A DNA stretch of 63,167 nt, the filler included, from Globobulimina sp. (Eukaryota): the NCBI GenBank assembly GCA_003354225.1. It is 53 parts of 53 records of this genome, joined end to end, with 100 filler letters (N's around TTAATTAATTAA, not from the genome) between each part and the next. Parts side by side here need not be neighbours in the genome. Positions count along the whole stretch, not along the records: positions 48,952 to 50,044 come from PIVH01023723.1; positions 50,145 to 51,237 come from PIVH01023724.1; positions 51,338 to 52,430 come from PIVH01023725.1; positions 52,531 to 53,623 come from PIVH01023726.1; positions 53,724 to 54,816 come from PIVH01023727.1; positions 54,917 to 56,009 come from PIVH01023728.1; positions 56,110 to 57,202 come from PIVH01023729.1; positions 57,303 to 58,395 come from PIVH01023730.1; 45 more parts are not named here. The stretch is one strand, 5' to 3'. Positions 48,952 through 61,874 of the stretch are shown piece by piece. The translations under genes were made by a program, and so were the position numbers. The notes under the pieces are model-generated. The model made no database searches, was not told the origin of the DNA, and saw only the letters and a program-made list of their open reading frames with translations. Positions within the stretch are counted from its first letter, which is position 1; every line of letters begins with the position of its first letter.

Positions 48952-49248
48952 GGTCGCTTAGCTCGTTATTTGCGGAAAGGAGGTTATTCCAAAAGAGTTG
49001 GTGGTGCGGCACCAGTTTATATGGCAGCTGTTTTAGAATATATTGTGGCCGAAGTATTGGAATTGGCCGGCAATGCTGCCAAAGATAATAAGAAATTGCG
49101 AATCATCCCAAGACATATTCAGTTAGCTGTTCGTAATGACGATGAATTGAACCAATTCTTTGGAAATGCTATTATTGCGTCAGGCGGAGTCTTACCAAAT
49201 ATCAATGCTGCCTTATTGCCAGAAAAAAAAGGAAAAAAGAAAAACTAA
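48952..49248 (+). CDS. H2A: Histone H2A (5' partial)
   Basis: [57 protein letters not shown]. Confidence 0.99.
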   Translation, partial: GRLARYLRKGGYSKRVGGAAPVYMAAVLEYIVAEVLELAGNAAKDNKKLRIIPRHIQLAVRNDDELNQFFGNAIIASGGVLPNINAALLPEKKGKKKN

Positions 49249-49290
49249 TTGAGTTTATTTATTTATTTATTTTATTTTATTTTATTTTTT

Positions 49291-49315
49291 ACCAGGTGTT
49301 TCTCAACACCACCAA
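49291..49315 (+). promoter_or_regulatory. Histone mRNA 3' stem-loop
   Basis: GGTGTT-TCTC-AACACC (6-bp stem, 4-nt loop) followed by ACCAA, 46 nt after the H2A stop. Confidence 0.8.
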
Positions 49316-49509
49316 TTTCAGATCTAGAATTAAATCATTTTTATGTTATTTGATTTTTTATAACTCCCTACATTTTTATGTAAAGCAGATACACTTTTCA
49401 AAACTTTTAACTTTGTAAAATCACATGCATGACAATCAAGAACCGTGACTCAATTTCAACAAACGCAACTTCTTAAGTTACCATGGTGAAGAAAAATGTG
49501 TAACTTTAC

Positions 49510-49920
49510 TACAAAAAGATTTTAGGAAACAATATATCGATTGAAATACAAATAAAATTATACAAAATAATCATAAGAATGGCCTTTTCATATGGACTAA
49601 AAATCTGTCCTTTAAACAAAACCCAATACAAAAAAATAGATTCAACACAGCATTCATATCTAACAACAATAATGGGAACAAGAAGAACCATAAACGCCCA
49701 ATCCTTGAGAATCATAATGGGAATTCCAAAATTATCGGACTTTATAATCAAACAAAAATTAGCAATGTACTATAATTTATTCAAAATAAAAACAGATAAT
49801 TACACTGAAACAATTAAATTAAATTACAATGAATTATACCAAAAATATATAAATAATAATAACAAACTTAAAGGAATAAGTGATAAATGGTCTTATATCA
49901 CAATGGATTACTTTATCACA
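49510..49920 (+). mobile_element. LINE ORF2 fragment (post-RT region)
   Basis: IKLYKIIIRMAFSYGL...IDSTQ...IMG...LRIIMGIPKL. Confidence 0.7.
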
Positions 49921-50144
49921 TACTCATACTCATACTCATACCGTGACAAGAACAAGAACAAGAACAAGAACATGGCACATACCCGGCTCCATAACAATGT
50001 ATATGTTAGATTCTATCTGCATATGTACCCTAGCTAAATAATCANNNNNNNNNNNNNNNNNNNNNNNNNNNNNNNNNNNNNNNNNNNNTTAATTAATTAA
50101 NNNNNNNNNNNNNNNNNNNNNNNNNNNNNNNNNNNNNNNNNNNN

Positions 50145-51008
50145 AAATTGACTTAGCTGATTAGGGACAGAAATCATGATAAAATCTATATTATTCTCCT
50201 TCAAATCTTTAACGAATAGTTCAAAAAGATCATTATAAAATCTCTCTTTGTATGGAGCTTCATTTGTAATGTTAGCATTGATTTCTGATTTTCCTATTTC
50301 TTTATTAACAATTCTATTTCTAAACAAAATGTATAATGGTTGTCTAATGAAATTATATAATTGGCTTTTTTGAATAACAGAAAATGACAAGTATTTCTTC
50401 ATCCAATTAATAGTACTTTTACTGTCTTGGAACTTAAATCTCCCATTATCGATAATTGTAACTTTGTTTTTTAAATTATCTGTAGGATCATTGGCGCAAA
50501 ACATTAAAATAACTATTTTAGGAGAATACAATTGACCAAATTCATAGTATCTTCTAATCTGCTGAGTTAACCCCCAACCTCCAACCCCTAAATTAATAAT
50601 ATTAAAGTGTTTTTCAATTTTTTTTGACATAACTGATGGATATTCTTCTCCATCATAAACACCGTGGCCAAAAGTATATGAATCACCTAAAATAATTATG
50701 TTTTCTTTTTCGTAAGTATTTGAAATAGGGATTAATTTCCCCCTATATCGATAAGTATTAATTTGATATGTAAATTTATAATGACCTGGTTTAGCCTGTA
50801 TCATGTTTTGATTTTTAAATAACATCGAACCATATTCCGATGAAAATTCCCATCTTGGATACATATATCCTTGAGGAGCAAAAATTCTTACAAGTATTTC
50901 TCCAATGATAAAAGTAATTGTAAGTAATAAAATAAGTGTTATTAGAGAAAAAAGAACTTTTGTTTTTGTCGAAAGTATATGATCTTGCGGTTTAGAACGG
51001 TGTTTCAT
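50145..51008 (-). CDS. Bacterial SGNH/GDSL hydrolase-like protein with N-terminal TM (3' partial)
   Basis: LGDSYTFG, NLGVGGWG, ANDP; GGAGAG Shine-Dalgarno upstream. Confidence 0.85.
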
Positions 51009-51656
51009 TATTCTCTCTCCGTGTGTTTAGTATTCCTAATAATACCAATATGCCCCTGGTTCCGGTGTTCCTTATTTGCATTTTATTTGTATTCTTTTCT
51101 TTCACTTTGTAGGCAAGCTAACGTTTAGTATTTTATCCGTCGTCCCGCACAACATAAATACAAATACGGCCCAGCCAGTTTTTCGATTTTTGATTTTAAA
51201 TTATTTTGTTATCCCTCAGCGGGATGATGGATAAAATNNNNNNNNNNNNNNNNNNNNNNNNNNNNNNNNNNNNNNNNNNNNTTAATTAATTAANNNNNNN
51301 NNNNNNNNNNNNNNNNNNNNNNNNNNNNNNNNNNNNNAGAGGAAATCAAGCCCACAGAGGAGTGAAAATAAAACAAAAAGCAAGAGATCTGTTTAAGTCT
51401 TTTCATAATTCATACATATCATTCATTAGAGTTTTCCTATTTAACCTTGATTTTGCTCATGATCACCTTGTATCACATCAGTAATATAAATGAAAACACT
51501 GCAGAAGAATGTCCCAAACTACTTTATCAAACTTGAGTCTGTTGAGTCACCTAAAAAAAAAGCACACGAAAAACTGGTTGAAACAATTAATCACGGCTCA
51601 GAGTACTTAGACGTGTTTTCAATAATTCTAAACGCAAACACCCATCAAATATGCAA

Positions 51657-52430
51657 ATGTCCCAAACTACTCTATCAAATAAAGAATTGATTTCATTGTT
51701 AAAAATAAATGGTAATGGTTGGAATATTGCATTATTTGAGGGCATATCGCAAGAATATTTATGTAAACATTGTAATTCAGTTTGTTGTGATCCAGTGGAG
51801 TTAGGATGCGATCATGATGATGATGAGGATATATATTTATTTTGTGATGAATGTTTAAAAGATTTAATTAAGAATAATAACTCAAAATGTCCACTTGATT
51901 CGCATGCAAATCCTATCATTATCGCAAATAGAACAATAAGACGAACGATATCAAAATGCATCGTAAATTGTCCTTATTCCATTCGATATCAACTACAACA
52001 AATACATGACAATAACAATAACAATAAGGCCAAAGCACAAATATATGATAATGACGAGAAACAAGGAGGAGCTGCAAATAATAAAAAGGAGGATAAAATT
52101 GTAGGATGTGAATGGAGTGGGACCTTAAATGATATTTTAAATACTAATCATTTAAATCAATGTTTTCAAAAATATGATAAATCATTTTTACATCAGATAT
52201 CTTTAAATAAATTAATAAATGAAAAGATAAAATTAAATCAAATTATTAATGATCAAAAACAACAAATCAACGAATTGCAAAATAAAGTAAATGAATTACA
52301 GCACAAAAATCAAAAGCAAACCAAGCAAATCAATAAATTAAACGTTGAATTAAATAAACAATCGATTTTGGTTCAAGATTACATGAAAATCGATTCAATG
52401 ATAGATGATAAAAATAAAATAATAAAGGAA
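51657..52430 (+). CDS. TRAF-like RING/zinc-finger plus coiled-coil protein (3' partial)
   Basis: CKHC..C.DPVELGCDH..FCDECL..CPLDSH, VNCPY, CEWSG. Confidence 0.8.
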
Positions 52431-52778
52431 NNNNNNNNNNNNNNNNNNNNNNNNNNNNNNNNNNNNNNNNNNNNTTAATTAATTAANNNNNNNNNNNNNN
52501 NNNNNNNNNNNNNNNNNNNNNNNNNNNNNNTTTCGAGATATCGTTTCACCAAAAAAAAAGTTAAATTTATATTTACACTCAAATAATTTACAAACGAGAG
52601 CGAGAGTCTGCGAGACTACGTAACAAAACAAAAAAGCTTATATAGATATTTTTATTCAAAAAAAACAAACAAAACACACAAAACCAACACCAAATAGCAT
52701 TACAAAAACAAACGAAGAGATAAAAAAAAGAAAGAAAAAAGTCACTGCAATTTAACATTGACGTGAATTAAAATATCA

Positions 52779-53623
52779 TTAAAAACATTTCCTATGAACA
52801 ATTTTAGGTCCACTTTCTTCATATTCCTCGCACGAAATCACAGTTTCCTTAAAGAAATCTAGTGTGCTTAATATCGACGCACCAATATAAGCCGCATTAT
52901 ATCTATTTTTTTTGCATTGGATTTTTAATCGCATAGACTGCGGCACCGTATTCTTAATATCTTCCGTACATCTTTCCACAAAGCCATCTAAAAAAGTGCC
53001 CCCTCCCGCAATACACACATTTGATGCAATTTCTTTCCGAACATCAATATTAACGCACAACAGCGAGTCATAGGCATACTGACAAATGGATTTATGTTTC
53101 ATTACATGATGGCCGCCCATTAATTTTGGCTTAAAGAATATTTCTGTACTTTCAAAGGTATTGCTGCCCAAAATAAGTGGCGTCCCATCAGGCAATGTAT
53201 ACTTTGCTACAACCTCCTTTTTCCAAATTGATGAGTCCCGTTTTTTCTTCATTTCTGACCAATAATCTCGCGCTACAAAACATTTCTTTATTTTTATATC
53301 CTCCACAATCTCATATTTGTTGCCCATATGATCCAAATCATAACCAGAGCTTTGCAACAATTTAACCAACTGCTCGTTCACTGTGTTGCCGCCAATATCC
53401 ATTCTCTTGGTCGCGTGCGACAAGGCATAGCCTGAAATATATGGTGTTTTTCACTTTTTGTGCTATCCTGGCACTGATTGTGTGATTTGTATATTAATGA
53501 CAGACCTTGGTATACGGGAACAGTGTAACACGTATCATATCCAACGCCAATCACCATTCCTGTGGTTTGTCCATGCGAATACAACTCGAATACAGCAGTA
53601 TTTTGTGTAAAATAGGAGGATAC
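52779..53623 (-). CDS. Actin-related protein; intron 53432-53505; 5' partial
   Basis: TTGMVIGVG, VPVYQGY, YTLPDG, IAGGGT, YIGASILS, EYEESGP.IVHRKCF. Confidence 0.93.
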
Positions 53624-54134
53624 NNNNNNNNNNNNNNNNNNNNNNNNNNNNNNNNNNNNNNNNNNNNTTAATTAATTAANNNNNNNNNNNNNNNNNNNNN
53701 NNNNNNNNNNNNNNNNNNNNNNNTCGCGAAACTGCACTGTATCGTCAAAAATCGAGTAGGTACATTATTTATCTGTCGCCTCTGCCATCTGTCACCACAA
53801 ACACTACATCGCAAACACACTAAACACATCACAAATTGTAAAAAAATTCATGCACTTGATATTATCAAATCCTCGCAGATTACAATGAGTATTTTGTTCC
53901 AATGAGTATGTTTGGCACATCCACACCATTTCCAGGTCTCTTAAATTGCCATAGTATTGGTCCATGGACTTGTGACTGCATAAGATTACGTCGTCTTCTC
54001 TTTCGAGGCAAAGACGCCATGTTGACTTGGTGGACTAAGTGGAGGTATAGTGGAGGTAGGTGTTTTTAAAAACTCCCGGAGAAAAATAATGACACACAAG
54101 CACAGCAAATAAACCAAATATGATTAGTACACAG

Positions 54135-54692
54135 TTACATTAGCATAAAGAACAAATTTGATGAAATTAGTACATTATATTTACCAAAATTCAAAACAAG
54201 GTTCATGTTATTTGCATCTTCCATATCAATATCGCTTGTTTCGTCTGATGATATATTTATATTATGATTGTGATTATTGTCCATATGTTTACTTAATAAT
54301 GAATCAATATTAATTTCACTGTCATCAGTATCAGGTGATGTTTCTTTGCAATCAGGTGATGCTTCAGTCTGTCTCGCTTTATCACGGCAACGAACAGTTG
54401 CAAGTCTCCTTGATCCAGCAACATTTTGTATAGATTGATCTCGCTGTACTTTATTTATCATTGCCATATGAATATCCAATGATGCTTTCCTGAAGCCATG
54501 CATCGACACTCTTTGGATTGCTCTAAATTCTCTGATTGTTAACTCAACAGTTGCTTGTGTATCAGTATGTGTGTAGCAAGGTTGCATAACTTTTAAAAAT
54601 AATGATATTTTCCTATAACTCGCCGTATTACTTATCTGTAGTTTGCGGAGATTCCATGGATTCGGCGATTTTTTATTTGGTTGTCCTTGCAT
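54135..54692 (-). CDS. Hypothetical protein
   Basis: 185-aa ORF, probably spliced; no motif recognised. Confidence 0.35.
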   Translation of the reverse strand: MQGQPNKKSPNPWNLRKLQISNTASYRKISLFLKVMQPCYTHTDTQATVELTIREFRAIQRVSMHGFRKASLDIHMAMINKVQRDQSIQNVAGSRRLATVRCRDKARQTEASPDCKETSPDTDDSEINIDSLLSKHMDNNHNHNINISSDETSDIDMEDANNMNLVLNFGKYNVLISSNLFFMLM

Positions 54693-54957
54693 GGCATTAA
54701 TATTTACTTTTATCAGTGGTGAACATAAACTTTTACTAATTTATAATACAGGCATAACTGCTATAAGACGCAGAATCATACAATTATCACTATGTTATGA
54801 CTATCACAGTATGGCGNNNNNNNNNNNNNNNNNNNNNNNNNNNNNNNNNNNNNNNNNNNNTTAATTAATTAANNNNNNNNNNNNNNNNNNNNNNNNNNNN
54901 NNNNNNNNNNNNNNNNGTTTTAAGTTTGTAAGAAAAACAAAACAAAGATTTTTAGTA

Positions 54958-55875
54958 ATGAGCGACAAGGGATATGTGTCCGGAACGTCCATGTTGGATA
55001 ATCGCACGTTACGCTTATCTGTGTATATGGCAATATTACTATGTGTAGCAGTTCCAAGTAGCATGGCGTATGGCAGTGCTATTGATAATGATCTATGTCC
55101 AACAGATGATGAAAACTATAGCGATTGTAATGCAACGGCAGCTGGATATTTTATATTATTATTTATATTATTAATATGTGGATTATTTATGTGGATAATA
55201 CCAAATACAAATTATATATTGGATAATAAAATGGTAAAAATAATTATCGGTGTATTAATATTGATTAGTGGCATAATGGTATTTGTTGGTGTTATGTTAT
55301 CCTACGATGAATTTTGCAATGATTCAAATAGTAATTTTTGTTTAGTATATATTGGCACAGAATGGTTTGTAATATCGCATATTATATTGTTATTCATTGA
55401 TGTTATAAGTGATTATGGGTCTGATGGCAGCAAAAGATTATTGTCATATTCAGTAATGTATCTTATTGGATGTTGTATTTTATTCAAACCCATATTTGAT
55501 GATGATAATCCTACTGAATCTACAGAGGTTATTCGTGCTGGTATGGTATATGTATGCCGCTAATTCATATCCTTGCATTATGTATATATATATATAGGTC
55601 TTATATTGTTATTTATCGGATGTGTATTGGTTATCATATGTTGTATTGTGAATATTGCAGGGAAAAGAAACATTGCATCAAATGACGCAGGTCAATGGTT
55701 TACAAGAATATTATCACTTTTTTTTATTGTTGGTGCCATGTTATTCTTATGGCCATTTGATAGCGTTTTTGCAAGCGGAGCAATCTTTGTTGCTTCGTTT
55801 AGTTCGAGTGTTGGCTTGTTATGGGTCATGTTATTTCGTCTTATTATTCATGGTTATGATGTAGTATCGTTATAA
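54958..55875 (+). CDS. Polytopic membrane protein; intron 55541-55597
   Basis: Splice joins the two ORFs in frame; about 8 hydrophobic segments. Confidence 0.75.
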
Positions 55876-56109
55876 GATTGTTGTTATTAAACATAAATTG
55901 AACGAAAAACACTTTTAGAAACGGAAAAACACTTTTAGTTTTCACTTAAAAAATAAACGCCAAAAATAAACTTTTATTTCTACATTAAAAATTAAAATTG
56001 CATGCTAAANNNNNNNNNNNNNNNNNNNNNNNNNNNNNNNNNNNNNNNNNNNNTTAATTAATTAANNNNNNNNNNNNNNNNNNNNNNNNNNNNNNNNNNN
56101 NNNNNNNNN

Positions 56110-57202
56110 GATGAAGATATATTTTTATATTGCAAACAATGTTTAATTCATTTGATTGCAGAGAATGAGAATAAATGCATTATTAATTCGCATATTAATC
56201 CACAAATAGCTGCAATCAAAGCAATAAGAAGACAAGTTTTAAAATCAATGGTTATTTGTCCCTATTCGCAACAATATAAAATGAGAGATATTATGCAACA
56301 AAATAACAATCAACAAATAATGGATACGTTTGGTGAGAATAATATTAATATTAATGATGAAAAAGAAGGCAATCAAACAAATGCGAATAACTGTCAATGG
56401 AAAGGAAAATTAACCGATTTAATAAATAAACATATTTTAAAATGTGCCACAACAAATAATCCGACATTTGCATTGAATGTAAAAATTAAAAATTTAGAAC
56501 AAGAAAATATAAAATTAAAAAATGAATTAAATGCACGAAAACAAGAAATTTTACGAAATGAAAATGTGATTAAAGACGCACGAAACATGAAATCTGATAA
56601 AATCCTCAAAATCCGCAATGAAAACGAAGATTTACGCAAAGAATTAGCAGCGGAGAAGAATGAGAGTGAAAATATGAGATTAATGTACGATGAGGAAAAA
56701 GATAAATTATTGCAAGAACAGGAAGCATTGAATGGTATTATCGATGAAGAACGGCGAAAAATTGATGTTTTAAAGAATGAATTTGTAGCAAAGGAAGAGG
56801 CTGCGATCAATGCACAAAAACAAGAAATTAAACAAAAAATCAATGTGATTGAAGACGCACGAAAGAAATATAAAGAATTACAGACAGAGAATAAAATGAA
56901 ATCTGATAAAATCATTGAAATCCGAAATGAAAACGAAGAATTACGCAAAGAATTAGCAGCGGAGAAGAATGAGAGTGTTAATATGAGATTAATGTACGAT
57001 GAGGAAAAAGATAAATTATTGCAAGAACGGGAAGCATTAAATGATATTATCGATGAAGAACGGCGTAAAATTGATGTTTTAATGAATGACTTTGAAGCAA
57101 AGGAAAAGGCTGCGATCAATGCACAAAAACAAGAAATTAAACAAAAAATGAATGCGATTGAAGAGACACGAAAGAAGTGTACAGAATTACGGGCAGAGAA
57201 TA
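56110..57202 (+). CDS. TRAF-like zinc-finger plus coiled-coil protein with a 309-bp internal duplication (partial)
   Basis: VICPY, CQWKG; a 103-aa unit starts at 56587 and again at 56896. Confidence 0.8.
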
Positions 57203-57302
57203 NNNNNNNNNNNNNNNNNNNNNNNNNNNNNNNNNNNNNNNNNNNNTTAATTAATTAANNNNNNNNNNNNNNNNNNNNNNNNNNNNNNNNNNNNNNNNNN
57301 NN

Positions 57303-58395
57303 AATGAAAAAGCGTCAAAATATATACAAATAATAAAAGATTTACATAAAAACACCCAGTTTCTGACAAATATAAATCAGGCAAAACAAGAAGAAAAAGA
57401 GGAGAATATCGATGATTTTGTATTAAGAGACTATATTCGCGACAATTTGGATAAATTTATGAAAAAAATGACATTTTTAGGAGTTAATATTTTGAAAACA
57501 ATGCATGTGGAAGGAATTGATGGCAAACAGCAGATTGATGATTATGACTCGATTGAATTAGCTAAGAAAATTAAAGATGGCCATACAATGGAGACATTTG
57601 TCTGTTCCCTATGTTCTGTATCGCAGCAATTTGGTGGAATTGAATTAAGAAATTGTTTGCATAAAATATGTTATCCATGCTTTAAATGGGAAATATACAA
57701 AGCCGTCAACTATAAAGAAGTGCCGTTTTGCAATACATGCAGATCTACGATCATTTGCAAAGGTATTTTTATAGGTTTTATAATTGACTGATTTGTGCTG
57801 TATACGATTTATGTATTAACATTTACAGATATTGCAGTACATATTGGTGAAAACACAGCAAATAGCATTCAGACAATGAAATCTAAAATCAAATATGAAC
57901 GAAAATATTCAAATAAGCTTGTAAAATGTCCGCCTCATCAAGAAAATATTGGTAATTATCATATGTCAATGGATCAATTCCAAGGCAATTGGGAGAATAT
58001 AACAGCTATACACAACTCGAATATGATTGAAGCATTTCAAGTAAAATACGAATCTGAGGAATGGAATAAAGTTATGTTACATGCTCGAACTGCAAAGCAT
58101 TTCCATATACAGAAAATAGAACGGATACAAAATGCAAATTTATGGCGGCAATTTTGGAATTATTGCATTGAACAAAAAGTGAAACACTGCAAAGATATCA
58201 TGGTTGGTGGGTTTTGGCACGGATCTGGTTCATGTAAACCAAGTGTTATTTGGCAAGGAAATGGATTCGATACAACAAAGGCTCGAATAGGAAAATGCAA
58301 TTGGTTTGCTACAGAAAATGTGTATTCGATGAATGGATGGCAGCACACAACTTTTGATATCGATGAAAAAGGTTTAACCAACCATGATATCTTTG
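57303..58395 (+). CDS. RING finger plus PARP catalytic domain protein; intron 57763-57828; partial
   Basis: CSLC..CLHKICYPC..C..C, then KIERIQN..LW..F, WHGS, GFD, WFA..YS. Confidence 0.75.
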
Positions 58396-58495
58396 NNNNN
58401 NNNNNNNNNNNNNNNNNNNNNNNNNNNNNNNNNNNNNNNTTAATTAATTAANNNNNNNNNNNNNNNNNNNNNNNNNNNNNNNNNNNNNNNNNNNN

Positions 58496-59446
58496 CCTCT
58501 ATCCTGGGCAATTGATCCAAATAAAAAAAAAGCAGACTTTAGAAACTATGCAAACAATCCACGACAGCAACTTGTTGAAAAATTTTATAAAGAACAACAT
58601 GAAACAGTAACATATGATTTTGTTATGAAACAAAGACAAAACTATCTCAAATTTGATAAATGTGTCATGACAATGTATGCATGCATCATCTATATAATAT
58701 CCGTAATAAAATATATTAATATATTTAGATGGGATATGGTTCATTATCTTGCTGATATAGTGGATGAAAGTGATCCTGATACTAATTTATCTCAGGTTCA
58801 GTTCAATATACTATCCAATATATACTATATATTTATCAATATATTTCAGTTGGATCATGCGTTACAAACAGGAGAGGCGGCCCGCGCGGCATATCCCGGT
58901 GATGAGTATGATTGGTTACATGTCACCGCATTTATTCACGATTTAGGCAAAGTTATGGCAGTAAAAGATGAGAAGTTGGGATTTGTTGGAGAGCCACAAT
59001 TTGGTGTTGTCGGCGATATCTTCCCCGTTGGATGTAAATTTAGTGAAAAGAATGTATTTTATGAATATTTTGTAAATAATCCGGATTTTAGTGACGATCG
59101 ATATAATAGTAAATTCGGAGTATATTCTGAGAATTGTGGATTGGAGAATATTTTTTTAGCGTGGAGTCATGATGAATATTTGTATAATATCTGTATAAAT
59201 CAATCATTACTACCATTTGAAGCGTTGTGTATGATAAGATATCATTCATTTTATCCATGGCATACTGGTGGAGATTATATGTATTTATGTAATGATAAAG
59301 ATATTAAGGTTGCATTGAAATGGACAAAAATATTTAATGCGTTCGATTTATATTCGAAATCAACTGATTTGCCTTCATTCGATAAAGTTGCGCCGTATTA
59401 TAAAGAAAAAATTGAAAAATATTTCCCAAATCCTGTTAAATGGTAA
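58496..59446 (+). CDS. MIOX: myo-Inositol oxygenase; introns 58675-58728 and 58796-58849; 5' partial
   Basis: VDESDPDT, HALQTGE, IHDLGK, VGDIFPVGC, WSHDEYLY, IRYHSFYPWH, FDLYSK. Confidence 0.97.
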   Translation, partial: PLSWAIDPNKKKADFRNYANNPRQQLVEKFYKEQHETVTYDFVMKQRQNYLKFDKCVMTMYACIIYIISVIKYINIFRWDMVHYLADIVDESDPDTNLSQVQFNILSNIYYIFINIFQLDHALQTGEAARAAYPGDEYDWLHVTAFIHDLGKVMAVKDEKLGFVGEPQFGVVGDIFPVGCKFSEKNVFYEYFVNNPDFSDDRYNSKFGVYSENCGLENIFLAWSHDEYLYNICINQSLLPFEALCMIRYHSFYPWHTGGDYMYLCNDKDIKVALKWTKIFNAFDLYSKSTDLPSFDKVAPYYKEKIEKYFPNPVKW

Positions 59447-59849
59447 TATAAATGTCATTACCTTCAAATGCATTTGTTTATAATAATATTATAATAAAGT
59501 TACTACCATTTAACCACAATACTGTTAATATATCACTTGTTTTACTCAGCAACGAAAAGTGGGTTTTACCACCTGACACTAAGCACTANNNNNNNNNNNN
59601 NNNNNNNNNNNNNNNNNNNNNNNNNNNNNNNNTTAATTAATTAANNNNNNNNNNNNNNNNNNNNNNNNNNNNNNNNNNNNNNNNNNNNCCCCTGCTAAAC
59701 TTTGTGTTTGTTTAGACACACTGTTTATGTTAAATTCATCTAAATCTAAACCTATTTTACCATCACATCACGTACAAGAGTTTCTAAACAACACACAAAA
59801 TAAGCACACATAGAGTAAAAATATGTATTTGCGAACACAACAGATAAAT

Positions 59850-60781
59850 TTATAAATGATTACTCGCATTACGAATAAATTGTAACGTATTTGACATTCG
59901 TAATGTATCACAATCTGGAGATTGCGATGAAGGACTTACAATATTTACAATTGGATCTTTTATACTTATTGTCTGTGTTTCGGACACCCATTCATTTATA
60001 GATTTGACTCTGTTACCTGAGAATGCAGGTTTTGGTGTTTGTGTTTGTGTCGACGCCATTTCCACTTTTTGAGAGAATGCAGGTTCATTTTTTGCTGCTT
60101 TTTGATACATTTTGCTCATATTTTGTGTCAACAAAACATTGATTGGTGTTTGCATTTGAGGGGTTTTAATTTGTTTTGTGTCATTATTAGTGGTCGAGGG
60201 AATATTTTCCAACACAGAGATAGGCGCTAATTTCAATCGCACATTCTTTTGGATTGCTTTTTTTGATTTCGTATTACAACATTTCATGCAGCATTTATGC
60301 AACGCACAGCATAGATGTTTATAAAAGACATTGTGCATCGGATCCAGTAAAATTAGCATCATTCCATTAATGAGGCCATCAATGATTCCATAATAAAAAC
60401 CAAACGGAAATATAAATGACACTGCACTTAATATAATCGATGAAAATATTGATACACAATACAAAGTGCAAAGTTTTATGATTATATTAAATAACTGATT
60501 TTTAGTACTATCGTCATCCTGATGTGCTATTAATTTATTCAATGGATATATAAATAAATACAAACAAGTGATTGATATTAATATATCTAATACAGAAATG
60601 ATGAAAAATAACATGTCTGGCTTATAAGTAACAGAACAATGAAATTGTTCACTATGATGAGGTTGGATTAGAATATGAGACCTATTGAAATAACAAATAT
60701 ATGGAATGGAATATATGCCAATACATAGGTATAATATGTATATGTATTTTTTTTTAAACGCAAATATTGTGTCACAATATA
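59850..60781 (-). CDS. 7TM/GPCR-like protein, C-terminal part
   Basis: YLFIYPL, IDGLIN, FYKHLCC.LHKC. Confidence 0.6.
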
Positions 60782-60905
60782 NNNNNNNNNNNNNNNNNNN
60801 NNNNNNNNNNNNNNNNNNNNNNNNNTTAATTAATTAANNNNNNNNNNNNNNNNNNNNNNNNNNNNNNNNNNNNNNNNNNNNATTAAAATGTTAACAATTA
60901 AATAG

Positions 60906-61456
60906 GTACATGGACTGCTGTACGGCCAAATAAATTTTCAATATCGGCAAATGAACGAACCCAAGGCAGTTTGATTAGTAATATTAAAACCATTCGCGAT
61001 GATTGGTATCCACCAAGTTGGTTAATTCGTGATTTAGTGGCAAATAATTATAGAGGCGGTGAGGTAAATGGTTATAATGATGCGTTGGACGCATTGATCA
61101 ATACCAAATTAATGGCACCCGTTTATTTTATAATTGGTGGTTTAAAGTATCCGGAGGGCGCCGTGGTGACAAGGAATCAAACTGCTTCATTCAATTTATG
61201 GCCATTGGAAACTTCATATTTAGGTTGGTATGATGTGGAGACCAATTATGATTGGTGGGTGCCACCGCCAGCACGCGACGATCGACGGGACCCTGCCATA
61301 CAAAATATGAATGCTATGGGGAAAGAAAATCTTACTGCGATGGCTTTATATAATGTATTAAGCCAACCACCGGTTTTAAATGGCGGAACTTTATATACCA
61401 CAATTTTTAGTGCATCAAATGCTTCTTTGTATTATACAATGATTAGATTTCCTTAA
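60906..61456 (+). CDS. Acid ceramidase/NAAA-like (Ntn hydrolase), last exon
   Basis: FSISANER, APVYFIIGG..EGAVVTR, VETNYDWW, DDRR.PA, VLS..PVLN..TLYT. Confidence 0.92.
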
Positions 61457-61576
61457 TTTAATTCATTTAGATTAATTATTACGCTTTGAAATAAAAAAAT
61501 GTTTGAAAAACAGACGAAAACGAATTTGAACTAGTAATCAGAAAATCCGTTTCAAAGAATAAAATTCCTTCAAAAC

Positions 61577-61846
61577 ATGAGCTCGTCAGCATCCCGTCCA
61601 GATATCCGCAAATTTAACACCTACAAAGCTGATGAATTAACGCTTGAGCAAGCACGTCAGCATCGAGACGCTTTAGTACATGAAATGGATTCCATTGTCT
61701 CATTTGCTCAAAACTACACCAAGGATGAAGCAATGTTTCCAACATTAAGAGAAAAATTTATAAGATGCAAAAAGTTAAAAACCGATCCTATTATCTCATA
61801 CTTCATAAAAAAAACAAATGTACAACAGAGAAGAGAGACTGTATAG
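61577..61846 (+). CDS. Hypothetical 89-aa protein
   Basis: AAAC-ATG context, helical pattern. Confidence 0.4.
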   Translation: MSSSASRPDIRKFNTYKADELTLEQARQHRDALVHEMDSIVSFAQNYTKDEAMFPTLREKFIRCKKLKTDPIISYFIKKTNVQQRRETV

Positions 61847-61874
61847 AAAGTATACATATCAATTATTTCTATCA

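Noticed and set aside
56394-57119. 241-aa antisense ORF (and similar shadows at 6270, 9729, 37371)
   Set aside because: Antisense shadows of real coding regions.
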